NCBI RefSeq assembly: GCF_001194135.2
Contig: NC_068983.1
Location: forward strand, 108,863,549-108,927,548
DNA length: 64,000 bases
Direction of reading: 5' to 3'
From: Octopus bimaculoides
Taxonomy: Eukaryota
The notes beneath the pieces were generated by a model. It saw nothing but the letters and a program-made list of their open reading frames with translations. It did not search any database and was not told the DNA's origin. The translations under genes were made by a program, and so were the position numbers. Below are positions 1 to 13,230 of this stretch, piece by piece; within the stretch, counting starts at the first letter, position 1; each line of letters starts with the position of its first letter.

Positions 1-59
1 GAGCAGGAACATGTAAAAGAAGTAATTGATGTAACGCATAATGCAATAGAAAATAAGAA

Positions 60-870
60 GAATCATGTTGTGTGTGTATGTGTGGTCAGAAGTAATAAAA
101 TGGGTGATGTGATTGCAGTGTTAAGAAAAAAATTTTAAGTAGGCACTCATGAGAGAATTTAGGGCAGAATGTTAATCCCTGCAAGAATGAAATTAGTGTA
201 GAATAAGATTTATGTATATTATTCATATATCAGTAGACATAAATAAAGGATAGTCACTAGGTAAAAATGATAAGTTTAGATGAGATAATGAATCTGAATT
301 AAAAAGACTTGCAAATCAAATTTATCAGCTATCACTTGCAGAATGTAGAATGAACGATATTGGAAAACATTCTAAAATGAAAATTCTGTTTGAAGCTGGT
401 TAAAGTATAATTAAAGCTTAAATGCAAGAATGATTCCATATTATTCAAGAGTTGGGAAAACTTCCTTATCTAGACATTACTGGCTGTTCTTATGCCATGT
501 ATGACAGTTCAGAAGATAAATCTTCACAAGATGTTTTTATCAACTTTATTGCAGTAGTGAGAACAAAATGTTTCCAATGAGTTGGTCATCAAACAAAAAC
601 CTGGCTGATGTAACGAAGAATCCATTAAAAACATTCATTCAGTGAAGTAGCTGATGCTGGTATCTTAGTAGCTATGATGAAATAGAAAATATTCTAACTG
701 CTGAGATTACCAAAAGTACTTTGCAAAACTGACAGTTCATCACTTGTAGAAACCTTAAATTATGCTAACATTGTTAGAGATCATAGCCTAAGAAATGATA
801 TGACGAAAATAAAAGAAATGATGATAAACAAGGAAGAAAGAATAGGTCAGAAATTGCAAGCAGATATATA
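60..870 (+). mobile_element. Degenerate Ty1/copia LTR retrotransposon RT-RNase H fragment
   Basis: Manual translation across frameshifts and stops gives LRKKF*VGTHE, LGQNVNPCKNEISVE, CSYAMYDSSEDKSSQDVFINF, PMSWSSNK, EVADAGILVA and KTDSSSLVETLNYANIVRDHSLRNDMTKIKEMM...KLQAD. These follow the order of copia RT C-terminal and RNase H motifs (SDASY..L.D.SSQGG, LSWQSKK, TDN.SL.D...D.RL..D+..++EM, QLAD). Confidence 0.7.
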
Positions 871-1259
871 GGTTTCCATCTGCAAATCCATTTCGATGTC
901 TTTTGACAACATTGTCACTTTTCATTAGCCTTGTTTTGACCATTCGCTCATACTGTGATACAAAAGTGACAACTAGCCACAGATCTATGCTGCTTCAGAT
1001 TTCTCTAATCATTACTATTGTATTTATTTGACCCATGTATTGAACAACGAAAGTGGGAGTATGTCAAACAATTTCAGCCTGTTTGGCTGCATCTTTAGTT
1101 TTAAAGGTACGGTAGATGTGTTGTAACTTTTACCTTTTTAAATTGAGAGAACTTCTAAGATTTCTGGAAAACTTGTACCACTGGATGTGAGGGAAAATTT
1201 AGTCTGCTTCTGTACTTTTATTTGTAGAAATATATAACATTATTTTTGCCTTGTAAGCA

Positions 1260-1375
1260 AAGGTATGTGGCCTAATGGCTAGGGTATTGCATAATGATCA
1301 CCAGATCATAGGTTCAATTCCTGGACCAAGTGTCTTGTGTTCATGAACAAAACACTTCCTTTTACATCGCACTAG
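1260..1375 (+). mobile_element. tRNA-derived SINE head fragment
   Basis: A-box-like tggcctaatggctagg and B-box-like ggttcaattcc at tRNA spacing, followed by gtgttcatgaacaaaacactt. The head resembles the minus-strand SINE at about 50050-50405. Confidence 0.65.
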
Positions 1376-2249
1376 TGTTAAGTGGGGGCTGGTATATCAA
1401 AGAATAGACTAAAGGCTTCTTCTGCATGTCATAATAGGTAACTACAAGAGTTTGAGGTAGGATTTGCACTCTGACATAATGAAACCCTCAATGACTATCC
1501 AAACATACCCATGGGTTGGAGGGTTGTTGTCTGAGAGGTGCAAAAGTATCATCCAGAAGAAGTAGGGAATCACCAATAAATGATGGATGCAGTGACATGC
1601 TGTTGCAGCACATGCTCCAATACTGCTGCTTCCCTTAGATTAACTCCTGTGGCAAAGAAAGCTATTTGGTTTTACAAATTCTCCCACCCACATATATATT
1701 CTTGAAAGTGTGATAGGACTAAAAATCCCATCTCTTTGATTTGCATGAAAAGAAGGTTCACTTTAACATAACTGTTATATGAACAGACCACAGCATTTCA
1801 CTACATGTAATCTTCATTTCTGTTGTAGTTGCTACTGTTACTATCTTCAGAATTATTTACTTGAGCATTTGAGGCATTTCATTCACAACACACAACACAA
1901 ACACTAATACAACAAAAACTACACTAGACCTCATAACAAAAAGAAACTGATGCAATACAATACCAAGAAGAGCTTGCACTCCCTCAACAAGATAAAAGAA
2001 CATACAATGCTGCACACACCCCAGCAACACAGTGGTGAAGCAGTTGATGCAGTAGAAATTTGCATGAAACCACCAAATGCTGAATAATAATGATAATAAT
2101 ATGAAACAAAGCGCTGTATATTTAAAAGACATGTAAAGCTGTTCTTGATAATATATTGGAAGCATGCAGTAAAAAAGAAAACAACTGAAATATAATAATA
2201 AAATTCAGCATAATAAAAAATCAGAAGTGATTAAAAATTAACAGGATAA

Positions 2250-3480
2250 GTAAAATAGAACAACATAGAAAGTATGGCCCAACAAAACTAGTGAAGAATT
2301 CAGCAACATGATAAAGATATGCATTCTGGAGATTACATATGATTGACAAAATACCCAGTTTCTGGCTGAAATAGCAAACCAGTAGTCCTGAATTTATGGT
2401 AACGGAATTCAATGAATGAATAAACAGACTAGAATTTATAACTGTAAGGTCACTAAAGGAGAAAGCAATGTGGATTCTCAAAACAAAAAGCCCAAAGCTT
2501 CAAATCTATAACTTTGTTTAGTAATTACATACAAAATCTTTACATCTATGCTCTATAACAATCTTGCTGTTTATGTATATAGTAACATATTTGTAATGAG
2601 CAGCTACTAGGGAACCAAACAATTACTGAAGACATCATGAAGAGAAGATAAAAAAAAAAGCCATTAACACTGCTGGCATGAATTAATCATGAAAAAGTAT
2701 TTGAAAGAATACCACACATTTGGATACTAGAGACACTGCATGTAGATAAAGTAGCTCCAATGCTAACAAGGTACATAAAACATGCATTGTTCAATGGAAA
2801 ACAGCCATTTCACTGCAGGGAAATAGAAGGCATTAATAACCAGCCCTACACTATAAGAAGTGAAACCTATTAGCATAATTCTTTATCCTGTTTTTGTTGT
2901 GCCTTGGAAGAGTCATAACACCAATAATAACACATACACAAGTTCAATTCCACTTCTTTATTGTTAGCCAATTGGTTAAATACCTAACCAACTAACTAGT
3001 AATGAAGAAGTGGAATTGAACCTGCACGTGTGTTATTATTGGTGTAATGACTCTTCCAAGATACAACAAAATTTGTTTAAATACATGAATTCCCATCAGG
3101 AGTCTTTATCCTCTCTTCTGCCCAGTTTAGTCTCCATCAACAATATCAGCATCAAATAATACACCATCTACATTATATGGATAACTTAAATTTCTGTTAC
3201 CCATGACAATGGAATATGGGGTAGGTAAATTTGCTACAGGCAATTTAATTAAAACTGAGAATATGAATTTACATCTAAACACTGAATTCAGAGAACTGGA
3301 ACAAAAACGTCTTACACATACTTAGAAATACATGAAATTGATAAAGTGCAAGATACAGAAATAGAGAACAAAAATTAAAAAAAGAGAGGACTAAAGAAAA
3401 ATCGATCTAATAATATTAAAAAGTGAAAGCTATATTAGAAATAAAACTTATAACATTAGCTATCCCAGGGATGAACTATA
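2250..3480 (+). mobile_element. Degenerate R4/Dong-like (R2-group) non-LTR retrotransposon RT
   Basis: Broken frames give IDKIPSFWLK, TYKIFTSML, A*INHEKVFERIPHIWILETL, two degraded QGDSLSP-like motifs, IHHLHYMDNL (cf. INHLLYMDDL), MEYGVGK and ELEQK.SYTYL. The foldback at 2892-3071 interrupts it. Confidence 0.65.
2892..3071. repeat. ~180-bp foldback (inverted repeat) element
   Basis: cttggaagagtcataacaccaataataacacatacacaagttcaattccacttc pairs with gaagtggaattgaacctgcacgtgtgttattattggtgtaatgactcttccaag with few mismatches. Pairing continues to a short loop near 2980. Confidence 0.85.
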
Positions 3481-3756
3481 GCTCAACGTAATAAACTGGA
3501 AGTTAGGTGAACAAAAGAGCTTTGATAGGAAAACAAGAAAAAAAACTACTAACATCTTAAAGCTGACATAAATATGAAATATATATCCTGCATGCAGACA
3601 AGATATGGCTTGATACAAATATAGAGTCATAACAAAGAAAAAGTAGCAGGTGTAAAAAATGCCTAAAACCATGTATAAGAAAATTGATAAGTGTAATAAA
3701 GGAGGCTGAATAAAATTTATATATTTATATTTATATATAAAAAATGCTGATATATA

Positions 3757-3788
3757 TGTGTATGTATGTGTATGTGTGTGTGTGTGTG

Positions 3789-3852
<64 letters not shown>
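3757..3852. repeat. (TG)n microsatellite
   Basis: Direct inspection. Confidence 0.95.
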
Positions 3853-3855
<3 letters not shown>

Positions 3856-3970
3856 TGAATTGGCAGAGTTGTTGCAGCATCAAATAAAATGTCTTGCAGT
3901 ATTTATTCCAGTTAAAATCTTCCTGACGTCAGCTTTGTCTTTCACCCTTCCGTGGTTGATAAATAAAATC
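3853..3970 (+). mobile_element. SINE family A fragment (ggtgagctggcag...ctttcatccttt...gataaaataa type)
   Basis: Similar to the copies at 22281-22494(-), 43682-43897(-), 47717-47935(+), 52400-52822(-) and 58700-58893(-). Confidence 0.6.
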
Positions 3971-4976
3971 CAGGACTGTGGATTAGTGAATTGTTAGAGC
4001 ATCAGACAAAATGCCTTGCAGTATATCTGTTCTGTGTCTCTGTGTTCTATAGCTAAATTTTGCACCTTACTGAAGTCCCATCAATTGTAAAGTTGTTGCA
4101 TTGTGCTGGCATTGATCCCAATGTTAAAAAGAGACTGCCCATGGAACTTCAATGAATCCACAAAAACTGTGTGGATAGAGTTTACATAAGCTGTAACCAT
4201 TCAAAGAGTGCAAAGAATATTCTTTCGTTTCATATAGAGAAATCTAATACAAACTAACATTACTCTGAAGAAAAAGATATAGACAAGGACAGAAGAATGC
4301 AGAAAAGGGAAAATGTACTATGGCCAATCATTCGTATAACTTGACAGAAAAAATGCAAGCCAGAACAAAAATGCCTAATTTTCTAAATTATCCAAAATTT
4401 TTGATCAACTGATATTCTTAGAGTTACTTTCCTTACTTGTTGATTTTATATTTTAAAGTTTCTAGAATGAATTTTTATTTACAAAATACCTGGATAATTG
4501 CAGTTGATGGAAGTGTTTCTTTTTACATAAACAAGCATCAAAAGTTCGCTACTAAAACTACAAAAGTTATTAAACTTGATGATAATGTCATCTGAATGCA
4601 GTGCTATCGCCATCTATCTATATATAATACAGAAAATTGCTTCTTAATTTGTTAGGAGTATGTAACTTTTACTAAAAGAAAGCAATTATTAAAGTGTACA
4701 CAGTCCAGGAATTTCTCATTAACTCTAATTTTGAAATATATTTAGCAAAACGTGGTTTCCAAGGTGTTTTTATGATTGAAAATTTCAACTATATGCTTTA
4801 ATCAGAAAACTTTTTATTTACTAAATATATAGCGTTTTTAAATGTCTTAGATTTATTTATATCCCTTTTATTTCTTTTTCTTTCTCTTATCCCCATCGCT
4901 TCTTTTTCCAATGTCACTTTCCATTTAGTTTTTGTCTCTTCTCTCTTTTCCTCTGTTATTGTAATACTTTTCGCCT

Positions 4977-5076
4977 NNNNNNNNNNNNNNNNNNNNNNNN
5001 NNNNNNNNNNNNNNNNNNNNNNNNNNNNNNNNNNNNNNNNNNNNNNNNNNNNNNNNNNNNNNNNNNNNNNNNNNNN
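4977..5076. other. Assembly gap (100 N)
   Basis: N run. Confidence 1.
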
Positions 5077-5815
5077 AATGGTAATCCATGTAGATAATTG
5101 TTAGATAGATTAGGATGCATGAAATTAAGAATGGTGTTGTTTAAAAAAGGTTGAGAGTTTATGTGTTAAACAGGAAATGTGGTGTCAAAACAGGGAGTGT
5201 GTGTAAGGGAAGACAATTCTGTGGGGTTTATACTCTTTAGTTGAAGTTCTAGACTCTTTGTCAACAGGAAGTTTATGTCTGTTCTTAGAGAAACAAGAAG
5301 TAAATTTATATGTATTTCCATGGGTAGGTGAGAGAAGGGAATATGGTCACCGAGGAGTTTGTATGTTAAGGAGTCTTTTGAATTTCTCTATAAAAAGATT
5401 CTCCTTGTTGATTCTTTCTTGTGTAGAGATTCTGTCTTTACATTGATAGAAAGGGAATATAAGGAATTTAGGGTTTTTATTTTTGGCGCAAAAGAACTGA
5501 TGGGGGTGGAAGTGGTGTGTGTAGTTTGGCATTAGTTAAGAGTTTTTTCAAAGATTTTGTGTTGCCTTTTGCATTTAAAGACTTTGTGTGTATTGATGAT
5601 ATTAACACAACCCCACCATTTACTGACTTATATATATATGTATATATAATCAGAAAATGGAGAAAACCTCAGATTAACAAACACATTTATAGCTTATTTT
5701 TTAATACAAAGCATGACATAACAAATAGGTGACATATCTTACGGCCATTTCCGATCCGTTGCCAAAATGCTGTCTATAAATGAATGCAAGAATAAAGTTC
5801 TTCATCTTCATAGGA
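5077..5815 (-). mobile_element. Internally deleted Penelope-like element (RT piece, pre-EN helix, GIY-YIG C-terminus, 3' UTR)
   Basis: Minus-strand pieces read NFILAF...GNGSEMAVRYVTY (RT motif B'-like), FKCKRQHKIFEKLLTN and ISTQERINKENLFIEKFKRLLN (PLE endonuclease C-terminus, E..FI..F.P.LN). The 3' UTR recurs at 63451-63776. Confidence 0.65.
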
Positions 5816-6329
5816 CATTTGAATTAAGGCATGGAGCTTCATCAGAGTAAAAAACGAGAGCACACAATATAAACAGAGAGAAGAAGGAAAAGGAAAGAAA
5901 ACAGACTAGAAAAATGCTTAGAAGCCCAATATGTTAAAAGCATATAATTTACCATCTGGGGGCTACAAGGTCCATAGGTAAAAGAGTGAGCTAGTAATGG
6001 TCTAGGGAATATTACAATTTATTAATGGGTACATGCAATCTAAAGGGGAGAGGCAGAATGTTTAAAAAAAGAAGTTATCAAGAAAATGTATATAAGGAAA
6101 ATACTAACATGATTATCAAAGAGCGGTACCTATGCTAACGAAGTAAACTCAAGTATTATAACTGCTAACTTTGTTTACACTTGACATCTCTTCTCCCCAT
6201 ATTGCTTATATATTGTTCAGTATATATATAAACCATTAGTATACATACATATACATATGAACATATACTGATAATTTCAATAATTAGTAAAATGAATACT
6301 ATCAGTAAAATGAAGAAAATTATGACTGA

Positions 6330-7110
6330 CCATCCCTAAAGGACATACCAACAATTCTTCCTAAGAACACTTGCCTCAAGGAACTCATTTCTAAATTTAC
6401 TGATTTCACTGAAAGAATTCGTTGGATAGCCTACCACAATGACAGAAAGCTTTAAAAAAACTCCTCTTGATACTAGTACCAATGCCAGAGCCAACACCAA
6501 TATCAACAACAATAATATGGACGATAAGGATTTTACCATGAGAATTTTCAGAGCTAGGAAAACGCCTCCACCAAATAGTCACCTTGAAACTTTTGAAAAG
6601 GAACTCTGGTCTTTTATTAAAGACATTAAGTTCAAGAACCATCCCCTTAGACACAATAAGTACCAAAGGAAGCTCAAGGATTTTGTTCTTGAGCTAAGAT
6701 CGAAGAATGGAATAATAGTACACTCAGACAAAACACGAAACACCTATAACATAAACATTGTCACTTACCATGAGCTTATCCACGATGAAATCCTTAAAAA
6801 ATATAAAGTAGTCCCTAGGAGTACCCTTAAAACAATCAACTTAGAGGCCAAAAAGATTATGTTACGGTATAATATTGATGACCGGACCAAACCATTTATA
6901 CCGATTAAACTTTGTATAGCTATTAAGGACTATAAGTATAATTATCTACATAATACCCAGGTCAGATTGATATGCCCCAATAAGTCGGATTTAGGTAATC
7001 TTAGCAAAGCAATCCTGGATAAATATAAACCAACCCTTAATAAAAAGATTAAACTGGATTTATGGACAAACTAATACCACTACTAGTTCCATTTCAGTCA
7101 ACTCAGATAT
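6330..7110 (+). mobile_element. Penelope-like element ORF, N-terminus and start of RT (truncated pseudogene)
   Basis: CLKELISKFTDFTERIRWIAY (frameshifted) is followed by ORF 6439-7074 with SDKTRNTY, INLEAKKI, IDDR, IKDYKYNY, VRLICPNKSDLGNLSKAILD and WTN. These match the PLE pattern ADKT.N.Y..IN.EAK.I..IDDR..LKDHK..RLINP.KSELG.ISK.ILD..QW.NT. Confidence 0.8.
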
Positions 7111-7814
7111 GGAATATATTCAGAAACTTGACAATATGTGTAGTTATATCTACAGAAATATACAAACAGTCCTCAACCAGGACAGAAAACAAGTGTTTAA
7201 ATAAACATCACACTCAGTATTTGATAGAAGTAATTTTTTTATTACATTTAGGCATTCATCTTAAAAGAGAAAAATGATAAAATGAAACATCTAGAAATCA
7301 TATCATTAGACAAAAAGGAAAACGCATCATCAGTAGTATGTATCTTCTGACAACCACATACTAAGACAAATATCAACCATCAGTGATTTAGGAAAATAGT
7401 AGCACTGATTTTCTCATAGTATATAGTTGCCAGTGAACACTTGCCTATTGATGGACTGAAGCTAGACAAAAATGCACATATGATAATGCTACTGATGTTA
7501 TTGAATGAATTTTGCCTGCTATGATTATATTTATGTGTTTTTTGTTTTTTAATAATGTACGGTTGCAAGGGATGCTGTCAGGAAAGGAACACCATATTTA
7601 ATAAGGCTTTCAATATGGGATGAGTGAGGACTTATTTGACATGGCATTTTACAGTCGGTTGCTCTTCAATAAAGCCAAACCTTTACTGTTTACCAAGGCA
7701 GAGATTTTTTTGTCTGACTTGTCACTCAAAGCTCAGAAGGATCTGTCGTGGTGTCAATGAGTGTAAGCATCATTTTGCCACATTTCTCAAACAGTAATAT
7801 GTGTTTATGTACAC

Positions 7815-8735
<921 letters not shown>

Positions 8736-9964
8736 TCTAATAAATATAGATTATGCACCTGGTGATGTAATATAGCACTAGCAAGAAACCATTGATAATG
8801 TATAATAACAATACCTTGCATTATATGAAACATGTTTAAATATTAAAAAACATTGTTTTCATATTTTCTCCATATAAACAGCATAATTTACATTTGCAAA
8901 TCATTTTGAGAAAATTCAGCCATGAATAAAATCTATACCATTGCTGTTAAGTAATTATGCTTATATGGATGTAATTTTAAGGTAAGAATATATATTATTC
9001 ACCAAATAAATATATTTTCATGGATTTCAAATTTTTACAATATTCCTATGTATATAACTTCTGATAATATTCTACATGTATAGCTTGATTTTAATATGTT
9101 TTGATTTTGAAGAGTTTTAAGTATTGTTTGTATGCAAATTTCAAACAAAGGTTTTAATCAAGTAATGTATTAGTTAATGAAACTCAAAATATTTTCAAGA
9201 AATGATGCAAACTTTAAAATAATGTATTTCAAGGATGAAGATTCTGTAGCTAGGTAGCACCTATTTTATTTTATAGTAACATGCTGAGCTTGAAAACAAA
9301 TTTTTGTTCTAATATGTTTTACATATTATTCAAATTTTCAAATAACATTTCAGTGTTATAAATTATTTACAAATGAACAAATTATTGTTCTGATCTCAAA
9401 TATGCACCATTCAATATTTTCAAATATAACTTACTGACGATCATAGAATTTCTTCTCTGATGAATAATCACTACTTTCCAATATGTTTAACAGTTTGCAG
9501 TAGAGCCATTTCATTTCTGATCATAGTTACTGCAGCTTAATCTTTGATGTGTATCCTATGCTGCAGAAGAAAGATTTATCATTTCCAATCAAGTATGCCA
9601 TTATGCTGTTGACACCACTTTCATTCCTCTCCCAAATACAAGCATAATCCATTTGTAATCTCAATATCTTTGAACAATCCAACATATCTTGCATTAATAA
9701 TCCTAACTCAATACATTTTACAATAGGACTGATAGCAAAGTCTATATATTGCTCATCTCCAGAAAACAGAATTGCATTCTTACCATTCTACAAATAAAAA
9801 CCTCAATCCCTATGCAGACTGCTTCTAAGAAGCTAAGAAGTTCTAACAAAAATCCTATTTACTTACTTTGAAAAAAGCCTATGTTCTCAATATAGCTATA
9901 GTAGCATCAAAAGATCAAAAGACTGTCATATAATTCATAAATGTCTTTAACCATGAGCAATTAC

Positions 9965-10130
9965 AGAGTTGTTATAACTCCCATATATGTTGTAGCCAGG
10001 GGAATTATGTCAATATTATTCACAAAAATAATGATCACTTCTTCAAACTGTTTCATTAACCAGTTAACCTACTTGCTTTTCCATTACAATACTACCTGTT
10101 GTTCAATCCAGATTGCTTATCTAACTCTCA
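9965..10130. repeat. Dispersed ~160-bp repeat, copy 1 (copy 2 at about 11537-11690)
   Basis: Both copies share agagttgttataactc...tcttcaaactgtttcattaa.cagttaa...attacaatactacctgttgttcaatcca, with scattered differences. Confidence 0.8.
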
Positions 10131-10639
10131 TGATTAACAATTTAATAAGTTTACATCAATGAATAGTTATACAAAAGTTGTGTAGCACTCGAATTAAAAA
10201 TTCTGTGCCATGGTCAATGCAACATGGCACAGAAAATGTAGAAAAATTAAACTTAGTGAAAAGTTGTTGCTTAGATGTTATTAAAAACATAGACAACTAG
10301 GTTATGTCAAATATAGAATTTTAAAATAGTCATTCTTAAATAATGTTTTGCAATGTACATACACATTATACCTGTATCTGTCTGTCTGCCTGTCTCTCTC
10401 TCTATATATTTATCATTTTTTTTTCATATTGTGGTGGACTTTTCAGTTGTAAATGACTGATGAGGGTTCCTCAATTACTCATTGAACAGCACCTGCAGAG
10501 ATGATTTGTTTATAATAATCAAATGTTTGTGCTGTATATGAGCTCACTCTCACCTTCAAATCGACATTGCCTGTACAATTGCACTTATACAATTAAAGCA
10601 ACTATGTAGTAAAACCTTTATCAATATAGCATACTTAAC

Positions 10640-10719
<80 letters not shown>

Positions 10720-10731
10720 TAAAATTATCAT

Positions 10732-10900
10732 TATTATTAAAACAGTTTGATATGGACCTCATACAACTTAAAGTTTCATAGGCTCCTTATAGAAACCTAG
10801 GTTGTCAGGCAGAGGTATCTGAGTCCAGTGAGCTAGGTTACTGTAAGGAACCTATGAAACTTTAAGTTGCATGGTCCAAATGAAACTGTTTTAAATAATA
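10732..10900. mobile_element. Foldback / MITE-like element, ~68-bp arms and ~32-nt spacer
   Basis: aaaacagtttgatatggacctcatacaacttaaagtttcataggctccttatagaaacctag is the near reverse complement of ctaggttactgtaaggaacctatgaaactttaagttgcatggtccaaatgaaactgtttt. Confidence 0.8.
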
Positions 10901-10974
10901 ATATATGTAACTCCAACTAAATGTGTTGAGTGCCTCATTCCTTTGGTTTGTCCTCTCACCCACATGTGTGCGTA

Positions 10975-11005
<31 letters not shown>

Positions 11006-11699
11006 GTACATACATACATACATATATCATTAGCATCATTTAACATCCATTTTCTATGCTGGCATGAGTTGGATGGTTTGATAGGATCTGGCAACTAATT
11101 GAAACATTGCACTGAACTCTGATGGCAGTTTTGGCATGGTTTCTATGGTTGGATACCCAAGTGTACTTGGTGTTGTTTTTGTTCCACTGGCACTGTTGAG
11201 GAAAGAACCGGAAGAAGGAAAAGAAAAAGGAAAAAGCCTCCTTGACTTAAAGGGGGTAGAGGTATTATTCAAGCAGGGAGGGGGCAATGGTTCAAAATCA
11301 GGTGTTTAGATGTTCGAGTGTAATGGAAAAATAAGTCCAGGTGTCTTGCAATTGAAATACAAGCCTACCCCAAGTTATATAAGGGTGGATGGGAAAAAGG
11401 CAAAAGTGATGGTGGGATGCTGGAGAGCAGAATGTAGTGAGTGATGGTGGGAGATATAGGAATATCTCAGTGCCTAATTTTTCTTTCAGTTCTTTACTAC
11501 TTTGTCATACATGTACACTGGCATTGCACATCCAGTAGAGTTGTTATAACTCTCATATATGTTCTAGCTTGTGGAATAGTACCAATATCATTCAAAAAAA
11601 ATATTTATCACCTCTTCAAACTGTTTCATTAAACAGTTAATCCTCCTGCTTTTCTATTACAATACTACCTGTTGTTCAATCCAAACTTATCACCCATAT

Positions 11700-13230
11700 T
11701 ACTTCCACCAATCACCTCTTTTCTGTGCCTTCAGCCATTGATGTCTCTCTCTTGCTCTGTTCTGTTCCATTATTAACCCCTCTCTTAGCTTCATTCCTTT
11801 GAGGTCTTAGAATTTCATCTGCATTCAGGACCCATGCCTCACTACTATGTAGCATTGCAGTTCATACACAAGCATCATACTATCTACCTTTCACTTATAA
11901 AGATATTTTGTTGCCAACAGAGGTAAAGATCTTTTAATTTTTTCCATCTTATTCTTACTCTAGAAGCTACACTTTCATAACATCCTCTTCCACTGTTAAT
12001 TAAGTCACCTAGGTAACAGCTATTATCTACTATCGCTTGGAACCTCCAGGGCATTTGAGAAAATCAATTTCCAATGTATCTTTATGGATCTTGTACACCT
12101 TCCACATACAATGCTTGCTCTATTAACCTTCCTGTGATTCTAACTGCATCTCTTGTGCATACGTAGCTTGCACTTGGTACACTGCCTGGAATTCCTGCCT
12201 ACACCTTTACAACATAATGAGCAGGGCCATTTACCTGACAAGAATATAACCTGATCTGTTTCCCTGCTCAATAAAACTTTGGTCTTTGCTAAGGTAGCCT
12301 TAAGACCCATTGGCTCCAGGTTTTGCTTCCATACCTGGAATTTCTTTTCTAATTCTGTAAAATATTCTGTTATGAGAGTGAGATCATTAGCATGTAATAG
12401 TTTCCACTATTCTATATTTTTGAGATGAGGAATTCTGTACATTATTTACATCAGACAGGTAGGTATCCTCATCTCGTTTGTTGTTACGGCTGATTTACTC
12501 TCCAGCCTTCATCAGTACCTTGAATAAATAATAATTATAATAATAATAATAACATCAGCAAAAAGGAATGAGAACCCAGAGTTGAGTTCGAAATTCTTTC
12601 AGGACACCTGATGAAGGCTGGAGAGTAAATCAGCCGAAACATAGTAACAACGAACAAGATGAGGACATATATCCGTCCAATGTAAATAATGTAAATAATG
12701 TAATATTTTCCTGTCTTAAATTCCTCTGTTTTGGCCATGAGTACAATGATGAGAACCAAACTCAGGTGAATATCTACCTGTACACTAAATTTATCACTGT
12801 ACCTATGGCTAACTCTTAGCTTATGGACAGCACTCTTGTACATGGCTTCTACAGCTTCCTCAAAGACCACCAGATCACAGAGCAAGGGACTCTGTCAAAG
12901 GTTTTCTCTAGGTCAACAAATGCCAAGTATAATGGTTTATTCTTAGATAATAATTTTAAAACTGTCTTAGAAGATAGCATCAGTAGTTCTTCTCCCGAGG
13001 ACAAAACCAAACTGTATTTCATCTAGCTTGATTTTTTTTTCCCTAATTGAGTGGGCAATAAGTCTCTCTATAACTTTCATGACCTGGCCTAGTAATTTAA
13101 ATTTGGCACTGACTTCTTCTTGTATAGCCTGATTAACTATATGGATGACTTCTGCTCTATATCCTACTCCAGATGTTTTAAGCATCTCAGTGATAATTCC
13201 CAGTGCATGTGAATACTTGTAGTCAAACTG
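11700..13230 (-). mobile_element. Degenerate RTE-clade LINE RT, interrupted by a 302-bp insertion at 12407-12708
   Basis: KLLGQVMKVIERLI...LDEIQFGFVLGRRTTDAIF, KTEEFKTG/WKLLHANDL, GKWPC, CYLGDLI and LHSSEAW..RNEA. It is homologous to the better-preserved copy at 63777-64000. Confidence 0.9.
12407..12708. mobile_element. Hammerhead-bearing PLE-type non-autonomous element (family 1), head-to-head foldback
   Basis: The right arm ctgatgaaggctggagagtaaatcagccgaaac...gatgaggac...aatgtaaataatg is mirrored by the inverted left arm (12410-12515). The element splits the RTE between ACAGGA and TGGAAA. Confidence 0.8.

Noticed and set aside
1857-2481. Hydrophobic minus-strand ORFs of 102 and 86 aa
   Set aside because: They are antisense to the A-rich LINE relic, and the F/L/I richness reflects T-rich composition.
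5815-5840. CUGAUGA on the minus strand near the PLE
   Set aside because: No closing stem II or GAAA follows.
9527-9787. 86-codon minus-strand frame after a good acceptor (NGKNAILFSGDEQYIDF...)
   Set aside because: It ends in a stop with only a weak donor, conflicts with an overlapping alternative exon call (9784-9842), and is of a length expected by chance.
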